The notes under the pieces: generated by a model | The model's database searches: none | The model's input: only the letters and a program-made list of their open reading frames with translations | What the model was told of the DNA's origin: nothing | Source of the DNA: an uncultured Bacteroidota bacterium | GTDB taxonomy: Bacteria; Bacteroidota; Bacteroidia; 2-12-FULL-35-15 | Direction: 5' to 3' | Assembly (NCBI GenBank): GCA_903919535.1 | Contig: CAIXIP010000008.1 | Span: 952 to 64,951 of the forward strand | Length of the DNA stretch: 64,000 nt | Shown: positions 48,285 to 58,072 of the stretch, piece by piece | Position numbering within the stretch: position 1 is the first letter of the stretch | Layout of the letters: every line of letters begins with the position of its first letter | Made by a program: the position numbers and the translations under genes

Positions 48285-50715
48285 TAATATAAACGATAAA
48301 CACATCCGCGACTTGCTCAAATGGCGCCTATTAGAGCAAGCTGAGGATGATGATGTACTAACCCAAAAACTTGTTGATATGGAAGCAAAACTTGCATTTA
48401 GTGAAGAGGCGCTATATGTGCCGTCATTACAAAAAGAAAAAGAACTCTTAGAAAAATTAGCAAAAATTAAACCCAATAGTATATTCCTTAAATGGCTATT
48501 GCCGGCTGTATTGGCTGTATTTATAATAGCTGCATTATTAATATATAATAATTTATCACAAAGATCATTAAATGCATCTGCAAATAGAATAGAGGGTCAG
48601 AATAAAAATAATGACTTGCCCTTTGTTGCATTATCAGATTCTTCAAAACAAAAAGAAAATACGATTATTGTAAAAGACTCTCTTGAAAAAATTACCCAAT
48701 CCGATACAACAACAACTGAAAGAAACGAAAAGTGGATGGTAGGTGATCCGGGAATAAAAGTGGACTATAAAACCGCTTCGCCAAAAAAGGATTCAAAATT
48801 TGTGGATTATGATAACATACCCGTTTTAACAGAAAAGCAAAAGGTGGAGAATGAAAAGCAAAAGGAAAAGATGTTAAAGCAACTGATGAAATGTGACAAT
48901 AACTATTGGGCCATTATCCCAACGAGTAAAGAAATATTTCCTGCTTCTTCCATTCCCAATACATTTTTAATGTCAACTACAGAAGTTACAAATGCCCAAT
49001 ATCGAGTTTTTTTGTATGATTTGCTTATTCATGATAAAATTGAAGAATACATAAAAGCTGTTCCGGATAGCACAAAATGGAGAGACAAGAATTCTTATAA
49101 TGAACCTTATGTTAGATATTATTTCACTCATCCTGCATATAATGATTACCCAGTATTAAATATCTCACGAGAAGGAGCTGAAATGTATTGTAATTGGCTT
49201 ACCAACTTGATCCATCAAAAGAGCAACAACGAGAAAGAAAAACAAGCACATCGTCAATATGATAATGAAGTGCGCTTGCCAACTGATGAAGAGTGGACGA
49301 TAGCTGCACGTGGAGGGGATGAGAATGCAATTTATCCCTGGGGAACAAATAGTGTGCAAAATGAATATGGATGTTATTTATGCAATATGCCAAGAAGAGA
49401 TGATATAAAACCCGAAGAGAAATGTATGGCAGTATATGCGGATGTCACAACTCCCGTTCATGCTTATAATCCCAATAAATATGGTTTGTATAATTTGAGT
49501 GGTAACGTTGCTGAAATGGTTGTAAAAAAGGACTCGCATATTCCGATAACCAAAGGTGGTGGCTGGAGAAGTGATCCTGAGCACGTAAAAATTAACAGTG
49601 AAGAAAATGAAGGAGTCGTCACCGCCTCTCCATTTATAGGCTTCAGACCGATTCTTACCATTTCAGAAGAAAGTAAAAAGCATCGAAAATTTATGTTGGA
49701 TCATCACATCCCGATTTTGAGTGATAATCAGATGGATGAAAATGATATTCAAAAAGCAAAAATGATTAAATCATTAATCAAATTAAATAAAATTGATTGG
49801 GCATACATACCGATGAGTACTGACAAAATATATGGGGAAGTGGTTTCTGTGCAAGGGTTTTATATGGCGACAACAGAGGTAACGAACAATAATTACCGTA
49901 TATTTTTATACGATCTTTTAATTCATGATAAGCTTGATGATTATTTGAAAGCGTTGCCTGATACTGCAAAATGGGATATCAATAAATTTAAGACAAAGGG
50001 ATATAATCCTGTGCCTAATAAAACGAACAAAGCAAACTCCGACACAACTAAAAAAACTGTTTTCTTTGAACCAATGATAAATATGTATTTCTGGCATCCT
50101 GCCTATAATGATTATCCAGTTGTTAATGTTTCTAGAGAAGGAGCAAAGATGTATTGCGATTGGTTAACAAATGTCTTTAATGAAAAAATTAAATCAGATA
50201 ATCCGAAAGAAAAATGGGAATCACTTTTTATGAATGATTTGCGTTTGCCCGCAGAAGAAGAATGGATGATTGCAGCCCGAGGAGGTAAAGTTGAAGCGGA
50301 ATATCCTTGGGAAATAAATAGTGTGCAAAATGCGAAAGGATGTTTCCTTTGTAATTTCGGAATTATCAAAGCAACCGATAAAATTGATACAACTGCAATT
50401 TGTGATAACGCTTTAAAGCAGCCTAGTTTTGCAAAATCTCCAGCTCGAGTTGGTTCTATGGTTTTTGATGGTGCTTTCACCACGGCAAAAGTTGGGACGT
50501 ACAATCCGAATGATTTTGGTTTGTATAACATGAGTGGGAATGTAGCCGAAATGGTTTTAAAATTCAAAAGTAAAATACCTGCAACAAAAGGTGGCAGTTG
50601 GTATAGTGATGCTGATCACATTAAAATAAGCGCAGAAGATGAATACGAAGTAGTCATCGGAGCCTCTCCGTTTATCGGATTTCGACCAGTGTTTACTGCA
50701 AAGCAAAGCAAATAA
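48268..50715 (+). CDS. Membrane-anchored protein with two tandem FGE-sulfatase/GldK-like domains (putative anti-sigma/sensor)
   Basis: About 70-aa cytoplasmic N-terminus, one TM, then two copies of TEVTN, HPAYNDYPV, RLP..EEW..AARGG, YPW, GC.LCN, PN..GLYN.SGNVAEM, GFRP. Confidence 0.8.
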   Translation: MIDQNNNINDKHIRDLLKWRLLEQAEDDDVLTQKLVDMEAKLAFSEEALYVPSLQKEKELLEKLAKIKPNSIFLKWLLPAVLAVFIIAALLIYNNLSQRSLNASANRIEGQNKNNDLPFVALSDSSKQKENTIIVKDSLEKITQSDTTTTERNEKWMVGDPGIKVDYKTASPKKDSKFVDYDNIPVLTEKQKVENEKQKEKMLKQLMKCDNNYWAIIPTSKEIFPASSIPNTFLMSTTEVTNAQYRVFLYDLLIHDKIEEYIKAVPDSTKWRDKNSYNEPYVRYYFTHPAYNDYPVLNISREGAEMYCNWLTNLIHQKSNNEKEKQAHRQYDNEVRLPTDEEWTIAARGGDENAIYPWGTNSVQNEYGCYLCNMPRRDDIKPEEKCMAVYADVTTPVHAYNPNKYGLYNLSGNVAEMVVKKDSHIPITKGGGWRSDPEHVKINSEENEGVVTASPFIGFRPILTISEESKKHRKFMLDHHIPILSDNQMDENDIQKAKMIKSLIKLNKIDWAYIPMSTDKIYGEVVSVQGFYMATTEVTNNNYRIFLYDLLIHDKLDDYLKALPDTAKWDINKFKTKGYNPVPNKTNKANSDTTKKTVFFEPMINMYFWHPAYNDYPVVNVSREGAKMYCDWLTNVFNEKIKSDNPKEKWESLFMNDLRLPAEEEWMIAARGGKVEAEYPWEINSVQNAKGCFLCNFGIIKATDKIDTTAICDNALKQPSFAKSPARVGSMVFDGAFTTAKVGTYNPNDFGLYNMSGNVAEMVLKFKSKIPATKGGSWYSDADHIKISAEDEYEVVIGASPFIGFRPVFTAKQSK

Positions 50716-50721
50716 AATTTT

Positions 50722-50752
50722 AAACGTCCTTCAATTTGTTTGAAGGACGTTT
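50722..50752. terminator. Intrinsic terminator
   Basis: AAACGTCCTTCAA-TTTGT-TTGAAGGACGTTT perfect stem. Confidence 0.8.
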
Positions 50753-50858
50753 CATTTTGCTTCAGATTTATAATTATCATCCTTTCATGATTTAGTAAAA
50801 TAAATTTTATTGCTAGAGAATAATTACTCATCTTTCGAAGCCTAAAAAGTTAAACTGT

Positions 50859-51545
50859 ATGAATATTTTAAAAACATTAATTATTTGTCTGCAAGTGTTT
50901 ATTTTCATTAAAAGCATTGAAGCACAGAGTAAAGAAAAGCCTTTTAAATGTGGATATTGGTACAAAGACGAGAAACAATTAAATCCTATATACTACAATT
51001 ATTTCAGTTTTTTTGGTTGTAAGAAAGGTGAAGAAATTGCTAGTGTTGGTGCAGGAGGAGGGGTTATGGAAGCTTCAATAGCTTCGTATGTTGATGGTAT
51101 TTCATGGACACTTCAAGATATTGATACTGTTTGTTTGAATACCAGAGAGTTTAGAAAAATACTTGCTTATACAGTAACTTTAAAGAATAAACCAATAAAA
51201 GATTCCTTTACCATTGTAATTGGAAATGAAAAAAGCACCAATTTGATAAATAATAATTATGATAGAATATTACTCATAAACACTTATCACGAACTACCCC
51301 ATAAGGTAGATATTTTAAAAGATATTTATGCGAAATTAAAAATAAATGGATGTTTAGTTGTTTCTGATAGATTTGCCGAAAAGAAGGGTGTAGTAAGAAA
51401 AGATTGCGGTCACGAGGAACCAACAGAACTAGAATTATTAAGTACTTTAGAAACAGCGGGTTTTATTCTGATCTCAAAAAAGGATATTCCTAAAAAACGA
51501 CATTATTCTCACGAATGCACTATTTATACTTTTGCAAAGAAATAA
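50859..51545 (+). CDS. Class I SAM-dependent methyltransferase with signal-peptide-like N-terminus
   Basis: IASVGAGGG motif I, LQDID, YDRILLINTYHE, LK.NG.LVV.D. Confidence 0.75.
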   Translation: MNILKTLIICLQVFIFIKSIEAQSKEKPFKCGYWYKDEKQLNPIYYNYFSFFGCKKGEEIASVGAGGGVMEASIASYVDGISWTLQDIDTVCLNTREFRKILAYTVTLKNKPIKDSFTIVIGNEKSTNLINNNYDRILLINTYHELPHKVDILKDIYAKLKINGCLVVSDRFAEKKGVVRKDCGHEEPTELELLSTLETAGFILISKKDIPKKRHYSHECTIYTFAKK

Positions 51546-51560
51546 ATATTTTATTTGTTT

Positions 51561-52895
51561 TTAAATCAACCCTCTTGCTTTTAATTCCAGGTATTTATTA
51601 ATGGTTTTTACCGAAAGGTTTTGAGGTGAAGTTAAAATGCTGTGAATGCCATATTTTTCAAGCTCTTTTACAATTAATTTTTTTTCGTAAACAAATTTTT
51701 CGGCAATAATTTTATTGTAAACTTCTTCTGTTGTTGTTGCCGGTTTATCCAGGTAAGCTTTTAGCTCAGTGTTTTCAAAAAATATAACAACTAATAAATG
51801 GTCTTTTGCCAATCTTCGCAGATATTTTAATTGTCGCTGCAAGCCCGATAAGCTCTCGAAGTTAGTATAGATCAATAATAAACTTCGTTGATTAATTTTT
51901 GTTTTAACATTGATATACAAATTTTCGAAATCGCTTTCCAAGTAACCTGTTTTTTGTTTGTATAACAGAGTTAATATTTTTTGAAGATGTGCATTTTTTC
52001 TTTCCGCAGGTAAAATGGATTGAACTTTATTAGAGAATGTAATAATGCCTGCTTTATCTTGCTTCAACATTGCGATATTTGAAATCACTAAACTGGAGTT
52101 GATCGCATAATCCAATAAACTCAGTCCTTCAAATGGCATTTTCATTACTCTTCCCATGTCAATAACAGAATACACTTGTTGTGATTTTTCATCCTGATAT
52201 TGATTGATCATCAATTTGTTTTTACGTGCGGTTGCTTTCCAATTGATGGTGCGATAATCATCACCACCAACATATTCTTTTATCTGTTCAAATTCTGCGT
52301 TGTTTCCTCTTCTTCTAACCTTCTTTATTCCTACTTCAGTTAATTGATTAGTGATAGCAAGTAATTCATATTTTCGCATTTGCAAAAATGAAGGGTATAC
52401 AGGAACCATCATGTCTTGTGAAAAACGATATCGTTTTTGAATAAAACCTATTGGGCTTTTCACAAAAATGTTCAATGCACCAAAACTATATTCTCCACGT
52501 TTAACCGGGTGAACAATGTAGTTGATTGTTTTGCTTTTTCCTGAGTCAATATTTACTTTGAAGTTGGAATCACGCGCTTGAAACTGAAAAGGAAGTTCAT
52601 CAATGATATTTAATCTGGCAGGAAATAGGTATTTGTTTTCTAAAATAATCTGAATAAAATTATCATCACCATTTGATAATTTGTCTAAAGCATTTCGTCT
52701 TCCAAATATTCCATTTTTGTTGGCATATAAAATTAGTATATCAGTTATTAATAATGCAGCAATAATATATATACTATAAACTGCTATTGGCTCAACAAGG
52801 GGGTAAAAGAAAGCCAAGGTCAACAATATCACTTCTGCCGCTGTAATGTAATATAGCAGATTGGTAAAATATATTGATTTAATAAACGCTTTCAT
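51561..52895 (-). CDS. DUF58 domain protein (vWA-like MoxR partner)
   Basis: EFEQIKEYV.GDD.R.INWKATAR, DMGRVM, LLDYAINS. Confidence 0.9.
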   Translation of the reverse strand: MKAFIKSIYFTNLLYYITAAEVILLTLAFFYPLVEPIAVYSIYIIAALLITDILILYANKNGIFGRRNALDKLSNGDDNFIQIILENKYLFPARLNIIDELPFQFQARDSNFKVNIDSGKSKTINYIVHPVKRGEYSFGALNIFVKSPIGFIQKRYRFSQDMMVPVYPSFLQMRKYELLAITNQLTEVGIKKVRRRGNNAEFEQIKEYVGGDDYRTINWKATARKNKLMINQYQDEKSQQVYSVIDMGRVMKMPFEGLSLLDYAINSSLVISNIAMLKQDKAGIITFSNKVQSILPAERKNAHLQKILTLLYKQKTGYLESDFENLYINVKTKINQRSLLLIYTNFESLSGLQRQLKYLRRLAKDHLLVVIFFENTELKAYLDKPATTTEEVYNKIIAEKFVYEKKLIVKELEKYGIHSILTSPQNLSVKTINKYLELKARGLI

Positions 52896-52933
52896 TTTTT
52901 CTAAATACAAACTTTGAACTTGAAACTATTTCA

Positions 52934-53911
52934 CTAACGTGGGACTTCAATTTTTTCTATGATCTGTTTAATAATTTCATTAGTTGTAATGCCTTCCATT
53001 TCCTTTTCAGGAGTTAGCATTACACGATGTTTAAGAACAGGCGTAGCAACAAATTTAATGTCGTCAGGTGTTACAAAATCCCTTCCACTCATTGCTGCAA
53101 TAGCTTTTGAACTTGATAGTATTGCCAAAGATGCCCGTGGTGAAGCACCTAAGTATAAGGATGAATTATTTCTTGTTTGATTTACAATTTTTGCGATGTA
53201 TGAAATTAAGTTCGCATCTATATGTATCTGCCTTACTTTACTTCTGTATTCTTTCACTTCATCTGCATTTAAAACCCCATTTATTGAATTAATATCAATA
53301 ATGTTTTTTCGGGAATGAAAGTCAGCAATGATTTTTGTTTCATCCTCTAAGGAAGGGTAATCTACTTCGATCTTAAAAAGGAAACGGTCGAGTTGAGCTT
53401 CCGGTAAACGATAGGTGCCTTCATGCTCAATTGGATTTTGTGTTGCCAGAACAATAAAGGGAGCAGTCAACAAATATGTTTTTCCATCAACGGTAATTTG
53501 TCGTTCTTCCATTGCTTCAAACAGGGCCGATTGTGTTTTTGCCGGTGCTCGATTGATCTCATCAATCAAAATAATGTTTGAAAATAACGGTCCGGATTTA
53601 AATTCAAATTCCGAAGTCTTTAAATTATAAATACTTGTTCCTATAATATCTGAAGGCATTAGGTCGGGAGTAAACTGAATGCGAGAAAATCCCACCGACA
53701 TTGTTTTGGCAAGTAATTTTGCGGTAAGCGTTTTTGCTACCCCGGGAACACCTTCAATTAAAACATGCCCATCAGCCAGAACAGCAGCAATAAGCAGTTC
53801 AATCATATTGTCTTGGCCAACAATGATCTTGTTTACTTCATGTTTGATATTGCTTACAGCTTGCTGCAAGCCACTTAGGTCAACTCTGTTTTGAAAAACT
53901 TGTTCTTCCAT
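52934..53911 (-). CDS. moxR: MoxR family AAA+ ATPase
   Basis: GVPGVAKT, RIQFTPDLMPSD, DEINRAPAKTQSAL, ATQNPIE.EGTY.LPEAQLDRF. Confidence 0.93.
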   Translation of the reverse strand: MEEQVFQNRVDLSGLQQAVSNIKHEVNKIIVGQDNMIELLIAAVLADGHVLIEGVPGVAKTLTAKLLAKTMSVGFSRIQFTPDLMPSDIIGTSIYNLKTSEFEFKSGPLFSNIILIDEINRAPAKTQSALFEAMEERQITVDGKTYLLTAPFIVLATQNPIEHEGTYRLPEAQLDRFLFKIEVDYPSLEDETKIIADFHSRKNIIDINSINGVLNADEVKEYRSKVRQIHIDANLISYIAKIVNQTRNNSSLYLGASPRASLAILSSSKAIAAMSGRDFVTPDDIKFVATPVLKHRVMLTPEKEMEGITTNEIIKQIIEKIEVPR

Positions 53912-53970
53912 ATGTTTGTTTTATTAGTTCGTTAGTATGGTTAATTTACATCAACGTGTTAGCAATAAAA

Positions 53971-55197
53971 TTATCTTTTATTTTCTTTATGAAATTCTTC
54001 AATTAATCGATTTAGCTTTAATAATTCTTGTTGTGAAATAGTTTGTTTGATACTTAGATCGGAAAAATAATAAAATATATCATGTACTTTTTGATACTCA
54101 ATTCCCGATAAATTTGAGATGCGTTCAATGAAAAGGTCGTCATAAATTGTTGTTTTTACTTGAAAAGTAGAACGGATAAATTCCAAGAAATATGTGATTT
54201 TTTTATCAGCAACATTTTTATGGTTTCCTGCCTGGTAGTATAATGTGCCTACTATATCAACGAATTGCAAGGTTGTGTTGCGGTAGGGTTCAATGATTGG
54301 GATTATGCGTTGTTTGCGCTTTATTCCAAAAAGCATAAAAATAATTAGTGATAGCAGTGATAAATAATATGCGTTTCGTAATAATGGATTGTTAAAAATA
54401 ACTCGTAACGGGCTATCAGTTTTGTCATTTCCTGCTTTGTAATATTCGTCCCAAATAATTGATTGGTTGGGTAAGCAGGAAAGCGAATTTAGAACATACG
54501 ACATGTTTTTGCTTACAAAATGATAGTTACTGAAAGCTTCAGGATTTGTATTTATAAAAATTTTCCCCTTACCCATTTTTATAGAAATAAAATTAATTTC
54601 TTTATTATTGGTTAAGCCAAGAACCTTGCTTCTCAGTGTGTCGAAGGATTTTAAATAAGTGCCTTCAAACCCTTTTACATATGAATAATTAGAAATATTT
54701 TTAAGTGATGGATTTGAAAAATTGATTTTTATTGTATCATATTGCTTTGTTATTTTTTTAATAGCTGCTGAATCATTGTCAAAACTATTTCCAAGATCAA
54801 AATCATTGTCTGTTTTTAATTTCAATGAATCAGCGAACTTCCCATCGAACTGATTTGCTGCAACAAAAACTATATTCCCTTCAGCAGCAAATTTGAATAA
54901 TTCACGAGTGTCTAGAGTATCGGGTTTAAATACATTATTAATGATAATATAATTATGGTTTGTAATGCCATTTAGATTTAGAGTATTGTAAATTGGAAAT
55001 GTAGCATTACTAATTGTTTGAGAAGGAAAGAGTGTTGGCAATTCGCCATATAAAGCAGAAGTACCAAAAGGGATTTTATCTTTTTTGATATACGAAAGAT
55101 GCCAGTTGATTGGCTTCGGACTTAGCCATTGCAAAACCATTAGCAAGCTAAAACAAATTACTAAAATGGAAATATATTTTCTGTTCCCTTTTAACAT
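53971..55197 (-). CDS. DUF4350 domain protein
   Basis: N-terminal TM, DKIPFGT, WDEYYK, KRKQRIIP, FV..VG.LYY; position within the MoxR cluster. Confidence 0.7.
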   Translation of the reverse strand: MLKGNRKYISILVICFSLLMVLQWLSPKPINWHLSYIKKDKIPFGTSALYGELPTLFPSQTISNATFPIYNTLNLNGITNHNYIIINNVFKPDTLDTRELFKFAAEGNIVFVAANQFDGKFADSLKLKTDNDFDLGNSFDNDSAAIKKITKQYDTIKINFSNPSLKNISNYSYVKGFEGTYLKSFDTLRSKVLGLTNNKEINFISIKMGKGKIFINTNPEAFSNYHFVSKNMSYVLNSLSCLPNQSIIWDEYYKAGNDKTDSPLRVIFNNPLLRNAYYLSLLSLIIFMLFGIKRKQRIIPIIEPYRNTTLQFVDIVGTLYYQAGNHKNVADKKITYFLEFIRSTFQVKTTIYDDLFIERISNLSGIEYQKVHDIFYYFSDLSIKQTISQQELLKLNRLIEEFHKENKR

Positions 55198-55238
55198 TTT
55201 AATCAATGTTCATTTTAATGAATGAACTATTATCTTCA

Positions 55239-55982
55239 TTAATTGTTGACTTTAAAATCTTTAAATTTTGATATTGTACTGATAAAACTGTTTTCATCTA
55301 ACTGGAAATCACCATACCAAATATATTCGTATAAAACGGCCAACTCTTTAAACTGCTCACTGTACTTGCTGTTTGAAAGTTCTATCGAATAATCATTGTT
55401 TGTTTTGTCAATTTGCCAGGTAATCAAATTCCTATCACTTAATTCCTTAAGGAGTTTCAAAAAATGCAAACGTACAGCTCTTCTAAAATCTTTCTTAGAT
55501 AGCGCTTCATCAATTAATTCATTGAAATTTATTTTATGAATATCTTCTTCAAATTCTTTAAAATCTATCGGAACGGAAGCACTTTTTCCATAAAATAAAG
55601 CTCGAATATTATTTTTTAATAGCAGGATTATGATTAAAGTTATTGCTGCGATTATTAGCAAATATTCAAATATTTTTAACCCCAATGCACCACCTTTACT
55701 ATCAAAAAGCTCGAAAACTTTACGCCAAAACCATTCTTTGATTCGCTCCCAAAGTGTTTTAGGTGCAGGGCCAACACGGTCATATTTGTAATCTGAGTTG
55801 CTACGTAAAGTGTTTTGTTGTTCACTAGTAAGTGAACGGATTTCAAATTTGGTAGAATCGTATGAGATTTTAATTTTAGACTTTATTGAATCATTTGCAC
55901 AATACACATCAGTACTATATAGTAAACTAGATAGGAGTGTAGTTAAGACAAAAATTAAAAGCTTAATACTGCTGCTCAACAT
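55239..55982 (-). CDS. DUF4129 domain protein
   Basis: DF.RAVR..FL..LK.L, KTN.DY, YEYIWYGDF. Confidence 0.75.
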   Translation of the reverse strand: MLSSSIKLLIFVLTTLLSSLLYSTDVYCANDSIKSKIKISYDSTKFEIRSLTSEQQNTLRSNSDYKYDRVGPAPKTLWERIKEWFWRKVFELFDSKGGALGLKIFEYLLIIAAITLIIILLLKNNIRALFYGKSASVPIDFKEFEEDIHKINFNELIDEALSKKDFRRAVRLHFLKLLKELSDRNLITWQIDKTNNDYSIELSNSKYSEQFKELAVLYEYIWYGDFQLDENSFISTISKFKDFKVNN

Positions 55983-56919
55983 TGCTTTGCGTTGTATTTC
56001 CAATTTCATTGATGCGTTCCATTAATCCTACACCATCTTTTGCTTCAGCCAAACTGTAATAATGAAATGCGTTAATAACATATAATACAGAGTATAATAT
56101 GGTGCTACAAAAAGTGCATATGGTGGCAATAATTAAAAAAGCAACAGGAGTTTCTCCGCCACCGTTTTTCATATGACTGATAAGCAATACCATTTGGTAT
56201 ACAACTTGTGGCAACGTAAATACAAAACCAACAATTCCAATTGCAATAGCCGCACAAACTACAATTACCCATGTCCACCAGAAATTCCCTCGCATCACTT
56301 CTCTTGTTCTTCCAAACGACTCAAAGACACCTCTGTCCTCTTGCATTTTGACTAAATAAACAACAGATAATTGCCACATGAGTGGTGGAAATAAAATGAG
56401 CATCCCAAAAATAAAAGCGAGAGCAAATAAAATTCCTAAAAAAGGAACAGCAGTTGTTAGGCCAATAATTATACCTGCAATTACAGCGAAAATAACAATT
56501 GCTAAAAGTGTAAGAACAATAAATACAATAAGTAAGTTGGTAATATTTTGTATAAGTTTATTTGCAACATCATTTACAGTAAATCCGTTTGGACCTTTTT
56601 CCATGTAATTGATCATAAAAGAATAAGTTGTTCCAATTAAAACAATTCCACTTACGAGTGCTGATAACAAAAAAATCAGGAATGACCAACCATATTGTGC
56701 TAAAGGGTTTCCGCTTGTAAAACGGCTAAGGGTAGAAATTTCAATTGCACTGGATTGATAGAATGCTCCGGCAATAGCACTTACAAGAACGAATGGTCCT
56801 GCAATAAAAATGAGTGATTGAAAAAACAATTTAAAGTTTTGCCTTAAAAATTTTACTGTCACATTAAATGTTTCACCAAAATCGCGTACTTGTCTGAAAT
56901 TAATTTTTTCTTGATTCAT
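55963..56919 (-). CDS. Multi-pass membrane protein of the MoxR/SpoIIM cluster
   Basis: RDFGE.F..T.KFLRQNFK, about 6 TM segments, FWWT, YYSL.E.K. Confidence 0.7.
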   Translation of the reverse strand: MNQEKINFRQVRDFGETFNVTVKFLRQNFKLFFQSLIFIAGPFVLVSAIAGAFYQSSAIEISTLSRFTSGNPLAQYGWSFLIFLLSALVSGIVLIGTTYSFMINYMEKGPNGFTVNDVANKLIQNITNLLIVFIVLTLLAIVIFAVIAGIIIGLTTAVPFLGILFALAFIFGMLILFPPLMWQLSVVYLVKMQEDRGVFESFGRTREVMRGNFWWTWVIVVCAAIAIGIVGFVFTLPQVVYQMVLLISHMKNGGGETPVAFLIIATICTFCSTILYSVLYVINAFHYYSLAEAKDGVGLMERINEIGNTTQSNVEQQY

Positions 56920-56939
56920 AATTTTTTATTGAATTACTA

Positions 56940-57935
56940 TTAAAGATTATTGGAAATATTTAGTTCACCATTTGTATACCGTTTTGCTTTTTTGTTCAGT
57001 TGTATCGGATAAATAATAAAATACCAAATAATGAAAGATAACGAACTGAAAATAATTGTAAGACTCAACCAAATTGGCATTTGTGTATAGCGTGTTACAA
57101 AACTTTCAAAAAAACCTGCTGTAATAAATATTGGAATCAAACCGATAACAATTTTAACTCCTTGTTTAGCTCCCCGTACAAAAGATGCTGCGCGCGAATA
57201 TGTTCCGGGAAATAATATACTGTTTCCCATCGTTAATCCCGCACATCCTGCAATGATGATAGCTGATATTTCTAAAGTGCCATGAATCCAAATTGCCAAA
57301 ACCGATTGAAGTAATAATCCCTTTGCGTAAAAGAAATATTGAAAAGCACCAAGCATTACACCGTTAGAAAATAACATGTACCCTGTGCCGAACGAAAAAA
57401 AGATACCTAATACAAAACAAATTAATGCAACACGAATATTATTAATGGTGATACCAAAAAACATATCCACCTGATTCATGCTTTTGTAAACAGCCATTGG
57501 GTCACCTTTATTTATATTTTCAATGGTCATATTTACATAGCTGTCTCCTAAAATTAAACGAACAAATGTGTCATCCTTTGCTGCTGATACTATTCCAATT
57601 AACATCGCTATTGCGAAAATCAGAAAGGAATACATCAATTGTTTTTGTGAGTTTTTGAAAATAAATGGTAATTCATACTTCCAAAAAGTGATGATGCGTT
57701 TGCTTTTTTCTTTTTTTCTTTTGTAAATTTCCTGATGAACTCTGGCTGCAAGTGAATTGAGATATTGTGTGGTTTTCGCTTTCGGATAATTTGTTCGTGC
57801 ATAGGATAAATCATCTGTTAGCTGAATAAATAGATCAGCCATCAAATCTGGATCCGAAGCGCCTTTTGTTGTAATTAGCGAATCAAATTGTTGCCATTTA
57901 TCGGCATTTTGTTTTAAAAAGGTGATTTCTTTCAC
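56940..57935 (-). CDS. Stage II sporulation protein M (SpoIIM) family membrane protein
   Basis: DDLSYART.YP, LGDSYV.MT..NI..GDPM, NNIRVA, IWIHGTLEI, AGF.E.FVT. GTG at 57935 preferred. Confidence 0.88.
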   Translation of the reverse strand: MKEITFLKQNADKWQQFDSLITTKGASDPDLMADLFIQLTDDLSYARTNYPKAKTTQYLNSLAARVHQEIYKRKKEKSKRIITFWKYELPFIFKNSQKQLMYSFLIFAIAMLIGIVSAAKDDTFVRLILGDSYVNMTIENINKGDPMAVYKSMNQVDMFFGITINNIRVALICFVLGIFFSFGTGYMLFSNGVMLGAFQYFFYAKGLLLQSVLAIWIHGTLEISAIIIAGCAGLTMGNSILFPGTYSRAASFVRGAKQGVKIVIGLIPIFITAGFFESFVTRYTQMPIWLSLTIIFSSLSFIIWYFIIYPIQLNKKAKRYTNGELNISNNL

Positions 57936-58072
57936 AGGCTGGTTCATTAATAATTGAACCATTGTAAATTTATACAAAATATTGAATTGAAAATTGTTTA
58001 GATGAAATTGCTGGAAATACTTATTTTTATAAAAATTAATAGATCAAGAAATAATATTTTGACCATTCCTAT

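Noticed and set aside
48268..50715. Calling this gene gldK or a formylglycine-generating enzyme
   Set aside because: No lipobox, no gldL/M/N neighbours, no adjacent sulfatase, and no FGE catalytic Cys motif near the KGG-W segment; the domain is duplicated and TM-anchored.
52911..52933. Heptamer-like repeat AAACTTT-GAACTTG-AAACTAT between moxR and DUF58
   Set aside because: Only three degenerate units, too short to call a repeat element.
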